Positions 24,468 to 34,486 of a DNA stretch of 34,550 nucleotides are shown here, piece after piece (the stretch's first letter is position 1; each line of letters starts with the position of its first letter). Position numbers and translations under genes: made by a program. The notes beneath the pieces are model-generated. The model ran no database searches. It saw only the letters and a list, made by a program, of their open reading frames with translations, and was not told the DNA's origin. The stretch lies in sequence record SRR31156797_9558. One strand, written 5' to 3'.

Positions 24468-26861
24468 ATGCAAAGAATATTATTGATTTTGTTGTTTACT
24501 GCGGTAGCAACAGGAGTATTTGCGCAAAAGGCAAAGCTTGAAGGAAAAGTAATTGATCCTGTAAATAATGAGCCTGTCCCTTTTGCCAATATAATTGTTA
24601 GCGGTACAACAATAGGTGCCATTTCAGATATAGATGGTAATTTTAATTTTACCGGGTTAGAACCTGGCTATATTAGTCTGGAAGTAAGTTCAATTGGTTA
24701 CCAGAGAATTAAAACTAAGCGTATACTTGTTACAAATGCAAAAACTGCATATTTGGAAATAGCGCTTGAACCTGTGGCAGAGCAATTAGATGTTGTAACT
24801 GTGACAGCCAGTAGGTTTAGGCAAAAAGTGGAAAGTCCTGTTTCAATGCGCTCTATAGGTGTAGCAGAAATAGAAAAAAATCCCGGAGGTAATCGCGATA
24901 TTTCAAAAGTTTTACAATCATTTCCCGGTGTAGCTTCAACACCTGCATTTAGAAATGATGTAATAGTTCGTGGAGGAGGAGCTAACGAAAATTCCTTTTA
25001 TTTGGATGGTGTTGAAATTCCTAATTTGAATCACTTTGCTACGCAAGGTGCTTCAGGAGGTCCTGTAGGTATAATAAACGTTGATTTTGTGCGTGAGGTA
25101 GATTTTTACTCCGGCGCGTTCCCTGCTAATAGAGGAGGTGCTGTAAGTTCAGTTTTAGACTTTAGACAGATAGATGGAAATAAGGAAAAAATGAAGTTCA
25201 GAGCTACAGTTGGAGCTTCCGACCTGGCGCTAACTGTTGATGGTCCAATAAGTGAGGATGCAAGTTTGATTTTTTCAGTCCGTAGATCTTATTTGCAATT
25301 CTTGTTTAGTGTGCTGGAACTTCCTTTTTTACCAACCTATAATGATGCCCAGTTTAAAAGTCGTATTAGATTAAATAAGAAAAACGAGATTACCTTAATT
25401 GGGTTAGGTGCATTGGACCAATTTGAGTTGAATTTGGATGCAAATGAAACACCTGATCAAAGATATATTTTGAATTACTTACCAGTGAATGAACAATGGA
25501 ACTATACATTTGGTATTGTCTACAAGCATTATAGAGATCGCGCATACAATACCCTAGTGGTTTCCAGAAATCACTTAAACAACTCTGCATTTAAATATCA
25601 AGATAATATTGAAGCACCTGAAAATTTAACACTCAATCTAAGTAGTGACGAAATAGAAACAAAAATCAGATATGAAGATAATATCAGATATGATGATTAT
25701 AAATTAATTTATGGAGCAGGTTTAGAGTATTCTGAATATTACAATAGTACATTTAGTAAAGTGTTTTTAAATGGTGAAACATTTGATTTGGACTATTCTT
25801 CCAGGTTAGATTTTTTCAATTATAATGCCTTTGGACAACTTAGTCGTGGTTTTTTCGGAAAGAGGTTGAATTTATCCGTTGGATTAAGATTTGATGGAAA
25901 TAATTATGATAAAGATATGGCGAATCCATTAAAACAATTTTCACCGCGATTCTCTGCCAGCTATGGCCTTAATGAAAAATGGTTCGTGAATTTCAATACT
26001 GGTCGTTTTTATCAAAAACCATCATATACCACATTAGGTTATCGTGATGCAGATGGAGTTTTAGTGAATAAGGAAAACGGAATTAAATATTTCTATGCAG
26101 ATCATTATGTTGCAGGTTTGGAATATAGACCAAACGATGAAAGCCGTATTACCATTGAAGGGTTTTATAAAAATTATGGCGATTACCCTTTTTCAGTAGT
26201 TGATGGTGTAGCTATTTCAGGTAAAAGTGCTGATTTTGGGGTGTTTGGAGATGAAGAGGTTACAAGTACTGGAGAAGGAAGAGCATATGGTGTTGAGTTT
26301 TTGATTCGCCACAATGATATTTTTGGTATAAACTTAATTAGTGCATTGACACTCGTACGAAGCGAATTTAAGAATCTAGAAGGTGGATATGATCCTTCTG
26401 CCTGGGATAATCGGATTTTATATAATTTAACTGCCACACGAAAAATTGGTAAAAACTGGGATGTAGGAATGAAATGGAGATATGTTGGTGGAGCTCCTTA
26501 TACTCCTTTTGACTTAGAAACATCGAGCCTGGTGCAGGCATGGGATAGAAGGAATCAACCCTATTTGGATTATAGTCAGTTTAATTCTAAAAGACTTGGT
26601 GCTTTTCATCAATTAGATGTTCGGGTGGACCGACAATTCTTTTTTAATAAATGGACACTGATGTTATACCTGGATATTCAAAACCTTTACAATTTCAAAG
26701 CAGATCAGCAAGATAATTACATAAACGAGGATGAAGATGGTAATGTAATTATTGAAAATCCTGGTGCAGATCCTGAAGATCAACGTTATGTGCTAACCCG
26801 AATACCAAGTGATGGGGCTGGTACTGTTTTACCAACATTAGGTATTATGATAGAATTTTAA
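24468..26861 (+). CDS. TonB-dependent receptor with an N-terminal CarboxypepD_reg-like domain
   Basis: Signal peptide, EPVPFANI...GA.SD.DG.F, LDVVTVTA, plug motifs PGV...VRGG...EN..YLDG.EI.N.NHF and GAFPA..G...SSV, barrel LDVRVD..F, and terminal Phe. Confidence 0.93.
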   Translation: MQRILLILLFTAVATGVFAQKAKLEGKVIDPVNNEPVPFANIIVSGTTIGAISDIDGNFNFTGLEPGYISLEVSSIGYQRIKTKRILVTNAKTAYLEIALEPVAEQLDVVTVTASRFRQKVESPVSMRSIGVAEIEKNPGGNRDISKVLQSFPGVASTPAFRNDVIVRGGGANENSFYLDGVEIPNLNHFATQGASGGPVGIINVDFVREVDFYSGAFPANRGGAVSSVLDFRQIDGNKEKMKFRATVGASDLALTVDGPISEDASLIFSVRRSYLQFLFSVLELPFLPTYNDAQFKSRIRLNKKNEITLIGLGALDQFELNLDANETPDQRYILNYLPVNEQWNYTFGIVYKHYRDRAYNTLVVSRNHLNNSAFKYQDNIEAPENLTLNLSSDEIETKIRYEDNIRYDDYKLIYGAGLEYSEYYNSTFSKVFLNGETFDLDYSSRLDFFNYNAFGQLSRGFFGKRLNLSVGLRFDGNNYDKDMANPLKQFSPRFSASYGLNEKWFVNFNTGRFYQKPSYTTLGYRDADGVLVNKENGIKYFYADHYVAGLEYRPNDESRITIEGFYKNYGDYPFSVVDGVAISGKSADFGVFGDEEVTSTGEGRAYGVEFLIRHNDIFGINLISALTLVRSEFKNLEGGYDPSAWDNRILYNLTATRKIGKNWDVGMKWRYVGGAPYTPFDLETSSLVQAWDRRNQPYLDYSQFNSKRLGAFHQLDVRVDRQFFFNKWTLMLYLDIQNLYNFKADQQDNYINEDEDGNVIIENPGADPEDQRYVLTRIPSDGAGTVLPTLGIMIEF

Positions 26862-26877
26862 TTGAAATTTATTTACC

Positions 26878-27594
26878 ATGAAACATATAGCATTTATTTT
26901 ATGTATTCTGATTTTTGCAAATCATTTATTGGCACAGGAAAATATTGCAGCTAATTCTCAAGCTGAGGGTAACGCTTTTCAGTTAACTTTTAAAATAGGA
27001 GAGTCTCACAATCATCCTAGTCTGGCTATCTGGTTAGAATCTATTGATGGTGAGTTTATTCAAACTTTATTTGCAACTAAATCTGTGGCAACAGGCATGT
27101 ATGGATATAAACAAGCTGGTGATTTAAAGTGGGTTAAAGGTCCGGGTAGAGCAGAAAGACCTGCAGCATTACCAGTTTGGTTTCATAAACGTGATAATCA
27201 AAAAATAGAAGGTGCAATTTTACCCTCTCCTGAAGATCCTGTAGTGGATGCTTATACAGGTGCAACTCCTAAAAAAGATTTTATTTTAGACCTAAAAGCG
27301 GATAAAAAGCATACTGGAAAGGTAAAGATATTGGTTGAATTTAATCAACCATGGGATGTGAATGATTATTGGACTAATGGTAAATATCCTGAAAATACGC
27401 AGTATCTAACTTCATGTCAACCTGCTTTGGTTTATGCTGTAGAGATCGATTTGGATAATTTAATGTCTGAATACTATCTGAACCCTATCGGACATGGTCA
27501 TCCTTATGGTGCAGATGGTCGATTGTATACCAATCTTACGACTTTTACATCTGCACTGGATATATTCAAGTGGATAAAGCTAGAAGTGAAATAA
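26878..27594 (+). CDS. Exported DUF2271-like protein with a putative flavinylation motif
   Basis: Signal peptide, P.LAIWLE..DG.FIQTLFAT, RP.ALPVW and VDAYTGATP. Confidence 0.7.
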   Translation: MKHIAFILCILIFANHLLAQENIAANSQAEGNAFQLTFKIGESHNHPSLAIWLESIDGEFIQTLFATKSVATGMYGYKQAGDLKWVKGPGRAERPAALPVWFHKRDNQKIEGAILPSPEDPVVDAYTGATPKKDFILDLKADKKHTGKVKILVEFNQPWDVNDYWTNGKYPENTQYLTSCQPALVYAVEIDLDNLMSEYYLNPIGHGHPYGADGRLYTNLTTFTSALDIFKWIKLEVK

Positions 27595-27595
27595 T

Positions 27596-30241
27596 CTATT
27601 GATTTTTAATAATCTTTTTGACGAATTGTGTTCCTGATTTCGTTTCAACTTTTAGGAAATAGAGACCATCAATAAGATTACTTATATTCAAGTGTATATG
27701 TGATTCGTCCTTTTGGAATTGTTTTACCAGTTGACCTTTGCTATCATAAATATGTATAGATTTTGACTGTTCAGGTAATTTAATTGCCAGTTCATTAGAG
27801 AAAGGATTAGGATAAACAAACATTTGATTTATTGCATTATCGGGACTGTCAATGCTTAGAATGTATTGTTGAGCAGCTTGTATTTGATCAATTAAAATGC
27901 TTTCATGATTAGCTGTTGTCATTACATATTGAAGTACAATACTATCTCCTGCTTCCAAAACTAGACCATCTGTAGAAACTAAATGTGCTACATCGTCACC
28001 TGTACTTAGTCCCGCTTCTTCTCTTTCTGTTGTCAAAGCAAACCATCTTTCTTCATTAGTAAAACCATCTGTAATATCAATGCCTTCTGTTTCTCCATTT
28101 AGTTCAAAAGCATAATGCTTAAAAGACAATTCTAAAAGTTTTATTCCAAATAATCTGCTGTTCCCAACTACATTTTCACAAATAGCAATTTGATGTTCAT
28201 CATTAAAGTATGCATGATTATTTCTGAGTGGTTCAATATCCCAATCGAAGAAGAGTCCGGCGTGAAAATCATCATAGGTATTGCTACTTTTATTAATCAG
28301 CATATACTCAAATAATAATGTATTTTCCATATCTGGGTCACTTACAGCAGTTACTTTTTGTTTGATGTAAATATTCATGCTATTATTCTTATTGGTATCA
28401 ACCATTTCAGCATGAGTTATCACATTTTCATTTATATCAGTTTCAAAAGAAATATTTTTAGTAATGCTAAATGGCTGTGCATCCAAAAAACAACTCATTA
28501 TTTGTGTGCTACTATTTCCGTATAATAATCCGGCTTCCCAAACCATATTCCGGGAATTATCAAGCCAAATACCATTTCCGAATATAGGGTCAACACTTGA
28601 AAATCCGATTCTACCATTTGAAGGTATAGTAGCATTGAGATTGTTAAGTGTAATATCTGTAAAAGATTTATTGGCTGTAAAAGTGTGTAGCCGATCATAA
28701 GTTCTCGCACCATCATTGATGGTGAATTTGATGGTAGCCAATTGGTCAAATTGAATTTCTTCCGAAATATAAATGGGTATCTCATTTTCTCCAATTATGT
28801 AAGAACTTCCTGAATTTATAATTCCTGCGTTAATGGAAGAGATTACTGGTGTTATATCAGGATGTAATGATTCAATTTCAATATTGATTACGGCACTTTG
28901 TAAATGATTAGTGAATACTCCGGTTAAATATACTGTATCGCCGGCCATCGCATCGCCAATTATCTCTACATCTGACAATGTTACCCCGCTAATTAGTGTG
29001 TCAGTTAGTGCAGCATAACCATCAACCCTGCCGGAGCCAAGTTTGTTGGCAAAAATTACATTTTGAGGTATTGTATCAAGGAAATAAGTAGTGTTTAATA
29101 ATTGTTGTTTTATTTGTTCAGCATTTAAGTGTGGTCTGTTGCTTTTAATCAGACCTGCTATGGCTCCAACAATTGGTGCGGCATAACTGGTTCCGTTTCC
29201 AAAACCGTAGCCGTTATTTTGACCTAAAAGATAAATTTCACTTCCTGGTGCTGAGATATCAACGGAATAACCATAAGAACTTCCAGACCATCTTTGATCA
29301 TTGATATTAGTAGCCGCAACAGATAATACTTCAGGGTAACTGGCCGGGTAAAAAAGCTTTTCATCTGCGTCGTTTCCTGCCGCTGCAACAACTAATGCAC
29401 CTTTGTCAATGGCAGCATATTGCACAATATCTCGCCCAAAAGCACTGGATATATATCCTCCCCATGAGCAAACTATTATATCAGCACCTTGATCCGCAGC
29501 ATAGATAATGCCTTCATAAGGGGTATTTAATTCACCTTGCGCATTCATGGTTTTCACAGGTAAATACTTTAAGTTGTATCCAACTCCGGCCATTCCAATT
29601 CCATTATTGGTATTTGCAGCAACAATTCCTGCAACCTTGGCACCATGAAAGTCAGCATCATATTGTGGATTATTATTGTTTTCACTTAAGTCCCAGCCAT
29701 AATAATTATCGATAAAGCCATCCTGATCATCATCTATTCCATTGATCGGGTCATCTGTATTATATGCGATCTTGCCATCCAGGTCTTCGTGTGTCAAATC
29801 TGTCCCAGAATCAACAATTCCAATAACCACCGTTGCATTGCCTGTTTCAATATCCCATGCATCAAACATATTCGTGATGTTAATGTAATATTGAGAACTC
29901 AACCCGGGGTCATCAGGGACCTCAAATAGCTTTACTTCTGGTTTGTACTCAATATATGCTATATTGGGATTATCAATTAAGCTGCTTAATAATTGTTTTT
30001 GTTTATCAGTGGAAGTTTGAATGGCATAGATATTCGAAAGCCTTGACGCAAATTTGGAATGTCGTTTATTATAATGGTTCTCGAATAACGGAATAAGCTC
30101 AATCTTATAATTTTCCTCTATTTCAACTACTTGTTTGTCATCAGTTGAATTTAGTTTCAAAATAAGCGTTTTTGATTCTTGTTGTCCAACAAGTGTAATT
30201 GTATAAAAAAAAGCAAAAATATAGAGTAGAACAGTCCGCAT
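27596..30241 (-). CDS. S8 (subtilisin-like) serine peptidase with a T9SS type-A CTD
   Basis: Triad IGIVDSG / FHGAKVAG / GTSYAAP, oxyanion AAAGN, insert NGIDDDQDGFIDNYYGWD, and CTD VYPNPF...IYDSKGQLV...GLYFL...KKIIK. Confidence 0.94.
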   Translation of the reverse strand: MRTVLLYIFAFFYTITLVGQQESKTLILKLNSTDDKQVVEIEENYKIELIPLFENHYNKRHSKFASRLSNIYAIQTSTDKQKQLLSSLIDNPNIAYIEYKPEVKLFEVPDDPGLSSQYYINITNMFDAWDIETGNATVVIGIVDSGTDLTHEDLDGKIAYNTDDPINGIDDDQDGFIDNYYGWDLSENNNNPQYDADFHGAKVAGIVAANTNNGIGMAGVGYNLKYLPVKTMNAQGELNTPYEGIIYAADQGADIIVCSWGGYISSAFGRDIVQYAAIDKGALVVAAAGNDADEKLFYPASYPEVLSVAATNINDQRWSGSSYGYSVDISAPGSEIYLLGQNNGYGFGNGTSYAAPIVGAIAGLIKSNRPHLNAEQIKQQLLNTTYFLDTIPQNVIFANKLGSGRVDGYAALTDTLISGVTLSDVEIIGDAMAGDTVYLTGVFTNHLQSAVINIEIESLHPDITPVISSINAGIINSGSSYIIGENEIPIYISEEIQFDQLATIKFTINDGARTYDRLHTFTANKSFTDITLNNLNATIPSNGRIGFSSVDPIFGNGIWLDNSRNMVWEAGLLYGNSSTQIMSCFLDAQPFSITKNISFETDINENVITHAEMVDTNKNNSMNIYIKQKVTAVSDPDMENTLLFEYMLINKSSNTYDDFHAGLFFDWDIEPLRNNHAYFNDEHQIAICENVVGNSRLFGIKLLELSFKHYAFELNGETEGIDITDGFTNEERWFALTTEREEAGLSTGDDVAHLVSTDGLVLEAGDSIVLQYVMTTANHESILIDQIQAAQQYILSIDSPDNAINQMFVYPNPFSNELAIKLPEQSKSIHIYDSKGQLVKQFQKDESHIHLNISNLIDGLYFLKVETKSGTQFVKKIIKNQ

Positions 30242-30334
30242 GGGTTATTTTTATTATTGTTATAAATCAGGTTTTAATTAATATAGAAACATTAAAAAAA
30301 TGCTTCAATGCATAAAATTAGGTAAATTATTGAC

Positions 30335-30342
30335 TATATTTG
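30335..30342 (+). promoter_or_regulatory. Sigma-A -7 element for the LytTR regulator gene
   Basis: TATATTTG, about 95 bp upstream of ATG 30436. Confidence 0.5.
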
Positions 30343-30435
30343 GAATTTAAAAGGTTAATAATAGATAACAAGTTATGAACTAGCTTTTTTAATAGATTAA
30401 CAAATAGCTGCTGTCATAATCAAAAAGGAATAACT

Positions 30436-31149
30436 ATGAATTGTATTATCATTGATGACGATGCACTTTCGAGAAAAATAATTGAAGAGTTTGTAAAAAA
30501 GTCAGATGCCTTAAACTTAATAGAATCTTACGACAATGCGGTAGATGCCATTCAGGCATTTAATGGCCCTGAGTCAATAGATCTTGTTTTTCTTGATATT
30601 GAAATGCCCGAAATGTCAGGATTAGATTTTCTAAATACATTAGACAATCCTCCACAAATTATAATAATCTCAGGTAAGGAAAAATATGCATTGGAAGCCT
30701 TTGAATATGATGTGACAGATTATTTGCTGAAACCAGTAAGTTTACCACGTTTTATAAAGGCAACTAATAAAGCGCACAAACGCTTCAGCGATGCTGCACA
30801 AGTATCAGGAGAAACCACTGATGAAATTTTTATTAAAAAGAAGAATTCTACACTTGTTAGGCTTAATTATAGTGACATTTTATACATCGAAGCACTTGAA
30901 AATTATGTAATTGTAGCTACCTATGATCAGAGGTTTACAATACATTTTACGATGAAGGCGATCACGAATAAATTACCTGAAAATAAGTTTAAACGAGTAC
31001 ATCGATCATATATCATCAATGTAAATAAGATTGAATTGATTGAGGATAATACAATTGTAATTAAAGAGCAAACAGGCTCAAAAGTGATTCCAATTGGAAA
31101 ATCATACAGAGATGGTTTGATGGATGACCTGAATTTAATATCTAAATAA
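30436..31149 (+). CDS. LytTR-family response regulator
   Basis: CIIIDDD, FLDIEMPEMSG, DYLLKP, ILYIEALENYV, F.RVHRSYIIN and IPIGKSYR. Confidence 0.95.
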   Translation: MNCIIIDDDALSRKIIEEFVKKSDALNLIESYDNAVDAIQAFNGPESIDLVFLDIEMPEMSGLDFLNTLDNPPQIIIISGKEKYALEAFEYDVTDYLLKPVSLPRFIKATNKAHKRFSDAAQVSGETTDEIFIKKKNSTLVRLNYSDILYIEALENYVIVATYDQRFTIHFTMKAITNKLPENKFKRVHRSYIINVNKIELIEDNTIVIKEQTGSKVIPIGKSYRDGLMDDLNLISK

Positions 31150-31182
31150 GAGAAATCAATTACAGCTGATAATTAAGTTTGT

Positions 31183-32382
31183 ATGAAGAGTAATAGACAA
31201 CTCTTTTTTGAACATGTTGCACAAACTTCTATAGATCCCTTAGCTATCGAAATCGAAAAAGCTGAGGGAATTTTCTTGTATGGAGCAGATGGTAAACGTT
31301 ATGTTGATTTAGTTTCTGGTGTATCTGTATCAAATGTTGGACATCATCACCCTAAAGTTGTACAAGCAATAAAAGATCAGGCAGAACGCTATATGCACCT
31401 CATGGTTTATGGTGAAATGGTGCAATCTCCTCAAGTAGAATATGCTCATTTGTTATCCGGTTATTTACCTGAAGGCCATAATAGTATTTACTTTGTGAAT
31501 AGCGGAAGTGAGGCTATTGAGGGTGCAATGAAATTAGCTAAAAGAGCAACCGGAAGAAATCAAATAATTGCTTTTAAGAATGCATATCATGGCGGCACGC
31601 ATGGTGCTTTAAGCATATTGGGTAATGAATCACTTAAGCAAGCATTTAGACCGTTACTGCCGGGTATAAAACACCTTGATTTTAATCAAGATGATCAGTT
31701 GGCAGAAATTACAAACGAGACTGCTTGCGTTATTGTTGAGCCTATACAAGCTGAAGCTGGAATTATTGTGCCTGATGTTTCCTATATGCAAGCCTTGCGA
31801 AATAGGTGCAATGAAGTTGGTGCTTCACTGGTTTTTGATGAAATTCAAACAGGTTTTGGCCGCACTGGACGTCTTTTTGCATCAGAGCATTTTAATGTCA
31901 ATCCGGATATTATGGCTATTGCCAAAAGTATGGGAGGGGGAATGCCACTTGGCGGTTTTACAGCTTCATCTGAGTTAATGAAACTGCTCACTCATAATCC
32001 TGCATTAGGGCATATTACCACATTTGGAGGTCATCCTGTTTCTTGTGCAGCGGCTAAAGCAGCGCTAAATGTAATTATTGATGAACATTTGGTTGAAAAT
32101 GCCAATGAAATGGGAGCTTTATTTAGAAAGTCTGTAAAGCATGATAGGGTAAACCAGATAAGAGGGAAAGGGCTTTTTCTTGCTGTTGAGCTTGATAATA
32201 TTTTTATTCCTGATTTTATGAAATTTGCCGCAGATCATGGAGTGATTTTTGATCCATTCTTGTTTAATAGCAGTGCATTTAGAATAGCCCCACCACTTAT
32301 TATTACAAAAGAACAGGTTGTTGAAGTATCAGCAAAACTTAATGATTTAATTGAACGATTTATTAATAGAAGAGATGAATAA
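31183..32382 (+). CDS. Class III PLP aminotransferase (acetylornithine aminotransferase-like)
   Basis: NSGSEA.EGA.KLA, YHG.T.G, VEPIQAEAG, FDEIQTGFGRTG, AKSMGGG and TFGGHP. Confidence 0.92.
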   Translation: MKSNRQLFFEHVAQTSIDPLAIEIEKAEGIFLYGADGKRYVDLVSGVSVSNVGHHHPKVVQAIKDQAERYMHLMVYGEMVQSPQVEYAHLLSGYLPEGHNSIYFVNSGSEAIEGAMKLAKRATGRNQIIAFKNAYHGGTHGALSILGNESLKQAFRPLLPGIKHLDFNQDDQLAEITNETACVIVEPIQAEAGIIVPDVSYMQALRNRCNEVGASLVFDEIQTGFGRTGRLFASEHFNVNPDIMAIAKSMGGGMPLGGFTASSELMKLLTHNPALGHITTFGGHPVSCAAAKAALNVIIDEHLVENANEMGALFRKSVKHDRVNQIRGKGLFLAVELDNIFIPDFMKFAADHGVIFDPFLFNSSAFRIAPPLIITKEQVVEVSAKLNDLIERFINRRDE

Positions 32383-32402
32383 TATGGTTTATTAAAAACC
32401 GT

Positions 32403-32410
32403 TATTTTTG
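32403..32410 (+). promoter_or_regulatory. Sigma-A -7 element
   Basis: TATTTTTG, 17 bp upstream of ATG 32428. Confidence 0.5.
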
Positions 32411-32427
32411 CATGAAAATTATTGAAA

Positions 32428-33276
32428 ATGTCTAGAGGAAAGTATTTTGGATTTGTAGTTGGATTGATTTTGTTACCTGCTGTATTGTTTTCGCAGTCAG
32501 GTAAATCGGTGAATGATACTTTATTTGAGTATTTTCAGTCCCTGCGAGTGACTCAGAATATCCACCAAAAGATGGATATAAATGAAAACATTAAACAGAT
32601 ATTCCGCAGAATACTTGTTCAGGATAAATTTTATGAGCACAGTTTTGATACCATCAAAACCCTGGGTGTGGTAAAATCACCGGATGAAACTTTTAGGATT
32701 ATAAACTGGAATACACAGGATGGCGATGGTACATATACCTACCATGGATTTATACAATATCGCCCTAAAAAACGGGATGAAATAAAATTGACAGAATTGA
32801 TAGATAGTTCTGATAGCATTGAAAATCCGGAGCAGCAGATTTTGCAACCCAATGAATGGTATGGAGCTTTGTATTATGAAATTGTCCCTGCTAAAATTGA
32901 TAAGCAAATGCAGTACGTCTTATTGGGATGGGATGGTGGCGATATTTATATTAATCGTAAAGTCATTGATGTGCTTACTTTCAGTTCAACTGGCAGGGTC
33001 AAATTTGGCAAGAATGTATTCAAATTTGGTAGGGAAAGAAAGAAACGTGCGATATTTGAATTTTCTTATCAAGCCACTATGCGCCTTTTCTATGATGATG
33101 ATATTGACATGATAGTTTTCGAACACATGACACCGGTTAAACCTCAATTAAAAGGACAGAAAATGCAATATGGCTCTGATCTTACTTTTGATGGTTTGGA
33201 GTTAGTAGATGGAAAGTGGATACTCCGTGAAAACCTTGATGTTAAAAATGATAAAAAGAGTTTGAGGAGAAGATAA
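32428..33276 (+). CDS. Exported hypothetical protein
   Basis: Long ORF with a signal peptide (...LFS|Q) and motif-like segments SPD..FRI.NW, WYGALYY.I and Y.LLGWDG. Function not recognised. Confidence 0.75.
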   Translation: MSRGKYFGFVVGLILLPAVLFSQSGKSVNDTLFEYFQSLRVTQNIHQKMDINENIKQIFRRILVQDKFYEHSFDTIKTLGVVKSPDETFRIINWNTQDGDGTYTYHGFIQYRPKKRDEIKLTELIDSSDSIENPEQQILQPNEWYGALYYEIVPAKIDKQMQYVLLGWDGGDIYINRKVIDVLTFSSTGRVKFGKNVFKFGRERKKRAIFEFSYQATMRLFYDDDIDMIVFEHMTPVKPQLKGQKMQYGSDLTFDGLELVDGKWILRENLDVKNDKKSLRRR

Positions 33277-33307
33277 AAAACCTTAACTTTTTCCTAAAAT
33301 TTGAATC

Positions 33308-33826
33308 ATGGCATTTCTCCATAAAATTCTTAAAACTACTGTTTATATTGTTGATGATGATACTGGATTTATTCGTGTTCTCAAACAGCTTTTTGCAAGA
33401 AGTATTGAGAATTATAAAGTGATCACATTTTCGTCGTTGCAAGAATTGATGGAAGCCATTCATTCTCAGGCCTCTGCTAAAATTCAAAGGCACGTTTTTA
33501 TTTTATCTGTAAGTGCCCAATCTACCAATAATAACTCCGTATTTGATACAATTGAAAGATTAAAAACGTCTTTGACTAATGTCCATGTAATAGTAATGTA
33601 TGGTGCTGAAGAGCTTGATAATAAGGAGTTGGAGTTATATAAGGGAGAGATATTAATTGATGATCTTATCATCAAAAATAACTTTGCTCGTTTACGTGTA
33701 CAAAATGCAATTCGTAGAATCTTGAGTCGTGATGACTTTAATATTCGCCGTAAATTGATGTATTGGAGTGCAGGTATTGCTGCATTCTTTATTACATTAA
33801 CGATTGTTTTATTTTTTATCGGCTAA
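33308..33826 (+). CDS. Atypical receiver-domain protein with a C-terminal transmembrane helix
   Basis: VYIVDDD and a late K (LIIKN), no Asp at the end of beta-3 (VFILSV), and a hydrophobic tail AGIAAFFITLTIVLFFIG. Confidence 0.65.
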   Translation: MAFLHKILKTTVYIVDDDTGFIRVLKQLFARSIENYKVITFSSLQELMEAIHSQASAKIQRHVFILSVSAQSTNNNSVFDTIERLKTSLTNVHVIVMYGAEELDNKELELYKGEILIDDLIIKNNFARLRVQNAIRRILSRDDFNIRRKLMYWSAGIAAFFITLTIVLFFIG

Positions 33827-34486
33827 TTCTTTCTGAAGCCTTTTTACAATTAAGTCAGATTTTTTAATTGAAGCTTTGAGCCATTCAAGCAGTATTTGCA
33901 TATGTTCTTCTTCGCTTAATTTCCAATTAATTTCACTACTATTGAGTTGCTCTCTTACGTGGTGAAGAATAATAGCTGCAGAAACTGAAATATTGAAACT
34001 TTCTGTGAACCCGTACATTGGAATTCTAAGATGTTCATCAGCCATATCAATAGCTTCTGCTGTTAAACCACGCATTTCTGTACCAAAAACAAATGCTGCC
34101 GGTCCTTTCTGAATATCAAATTCGTTAAGTGTAACATCATTGGAATGTGGAGTTGTGGCCACAATACGATATCCTTTTCTTTTAAGTTGGGCATATGCAT
34201 CTTTAAGTGCATTTTCACCTTTATTGTGATTAATTGTAAGCCATTTTGATGCACCCATAGCCACCTCACTATTTGGTTTGAATTCGTTTTCTTTTTCAAT
34301 AGTGTAGATGGACTGTATACCAAAGCAATCACATGATCGGAGTACAGCACTTGCATTATGTTCCTGATATAGGTCCTCTATAGCAATAGTGAAGTAGTTG
34401 GTCCTTTGTGCTAATATCTGTTCGAATAATTCTATTCTTTCCGGAACAGCAAATTCCTTAAGTCTTTCTATGAGTGCCTGGTTCAT
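33809..34486 (-). CDS. trmH: TrmH/SpoU-family RNA methyltransferase (tRNA Gm18-like)
   Basis: HNASAVLRSCD.FG, GASKW, VFGTE.RG and IPM.GFTESFNISVS. Confidence 0.88.
   Translation of the reverse strand: MNQALIERLKEFAVPERIELFEQILAQRTNYFTIAIEDLYQEHNASAVLRSCDCFGIQSIYTIEKENEFKPNSEVAMGASKWLTINHNKGENALKDAYAQLKRKGYRIVATTPHSNDVTLNEFDIQKGPAAFVFGTEMRGLTAEAIDMADEHLRIPMYGFTESFNISVSAAIILHHVREQLNSSEINWKLSEEEHMQILLEWLKASIKKSDLIVKRLQKELADKK

Noticed and set aside
25665-25700. Short direct repeat atcagatatga in the TBDR (IRYED/NIRYDD)
   Set aside because: Only two copies, in frame. A small duplication or chance, with no sign of phase variation.
24468-27594. SusC/SusD pair
   Set aside because: The receptor is about 800 aa with no recognisable SusC signature, and the downstream protein is not a SusD-like lipoprotein.
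488-34356. Short 60-125 aa ORFs antisense or out of frame to the main genes
   Set aside because: They lie within or largely overlap well-supported genes and have no recognisable motifs, so they are shadow ORFs.
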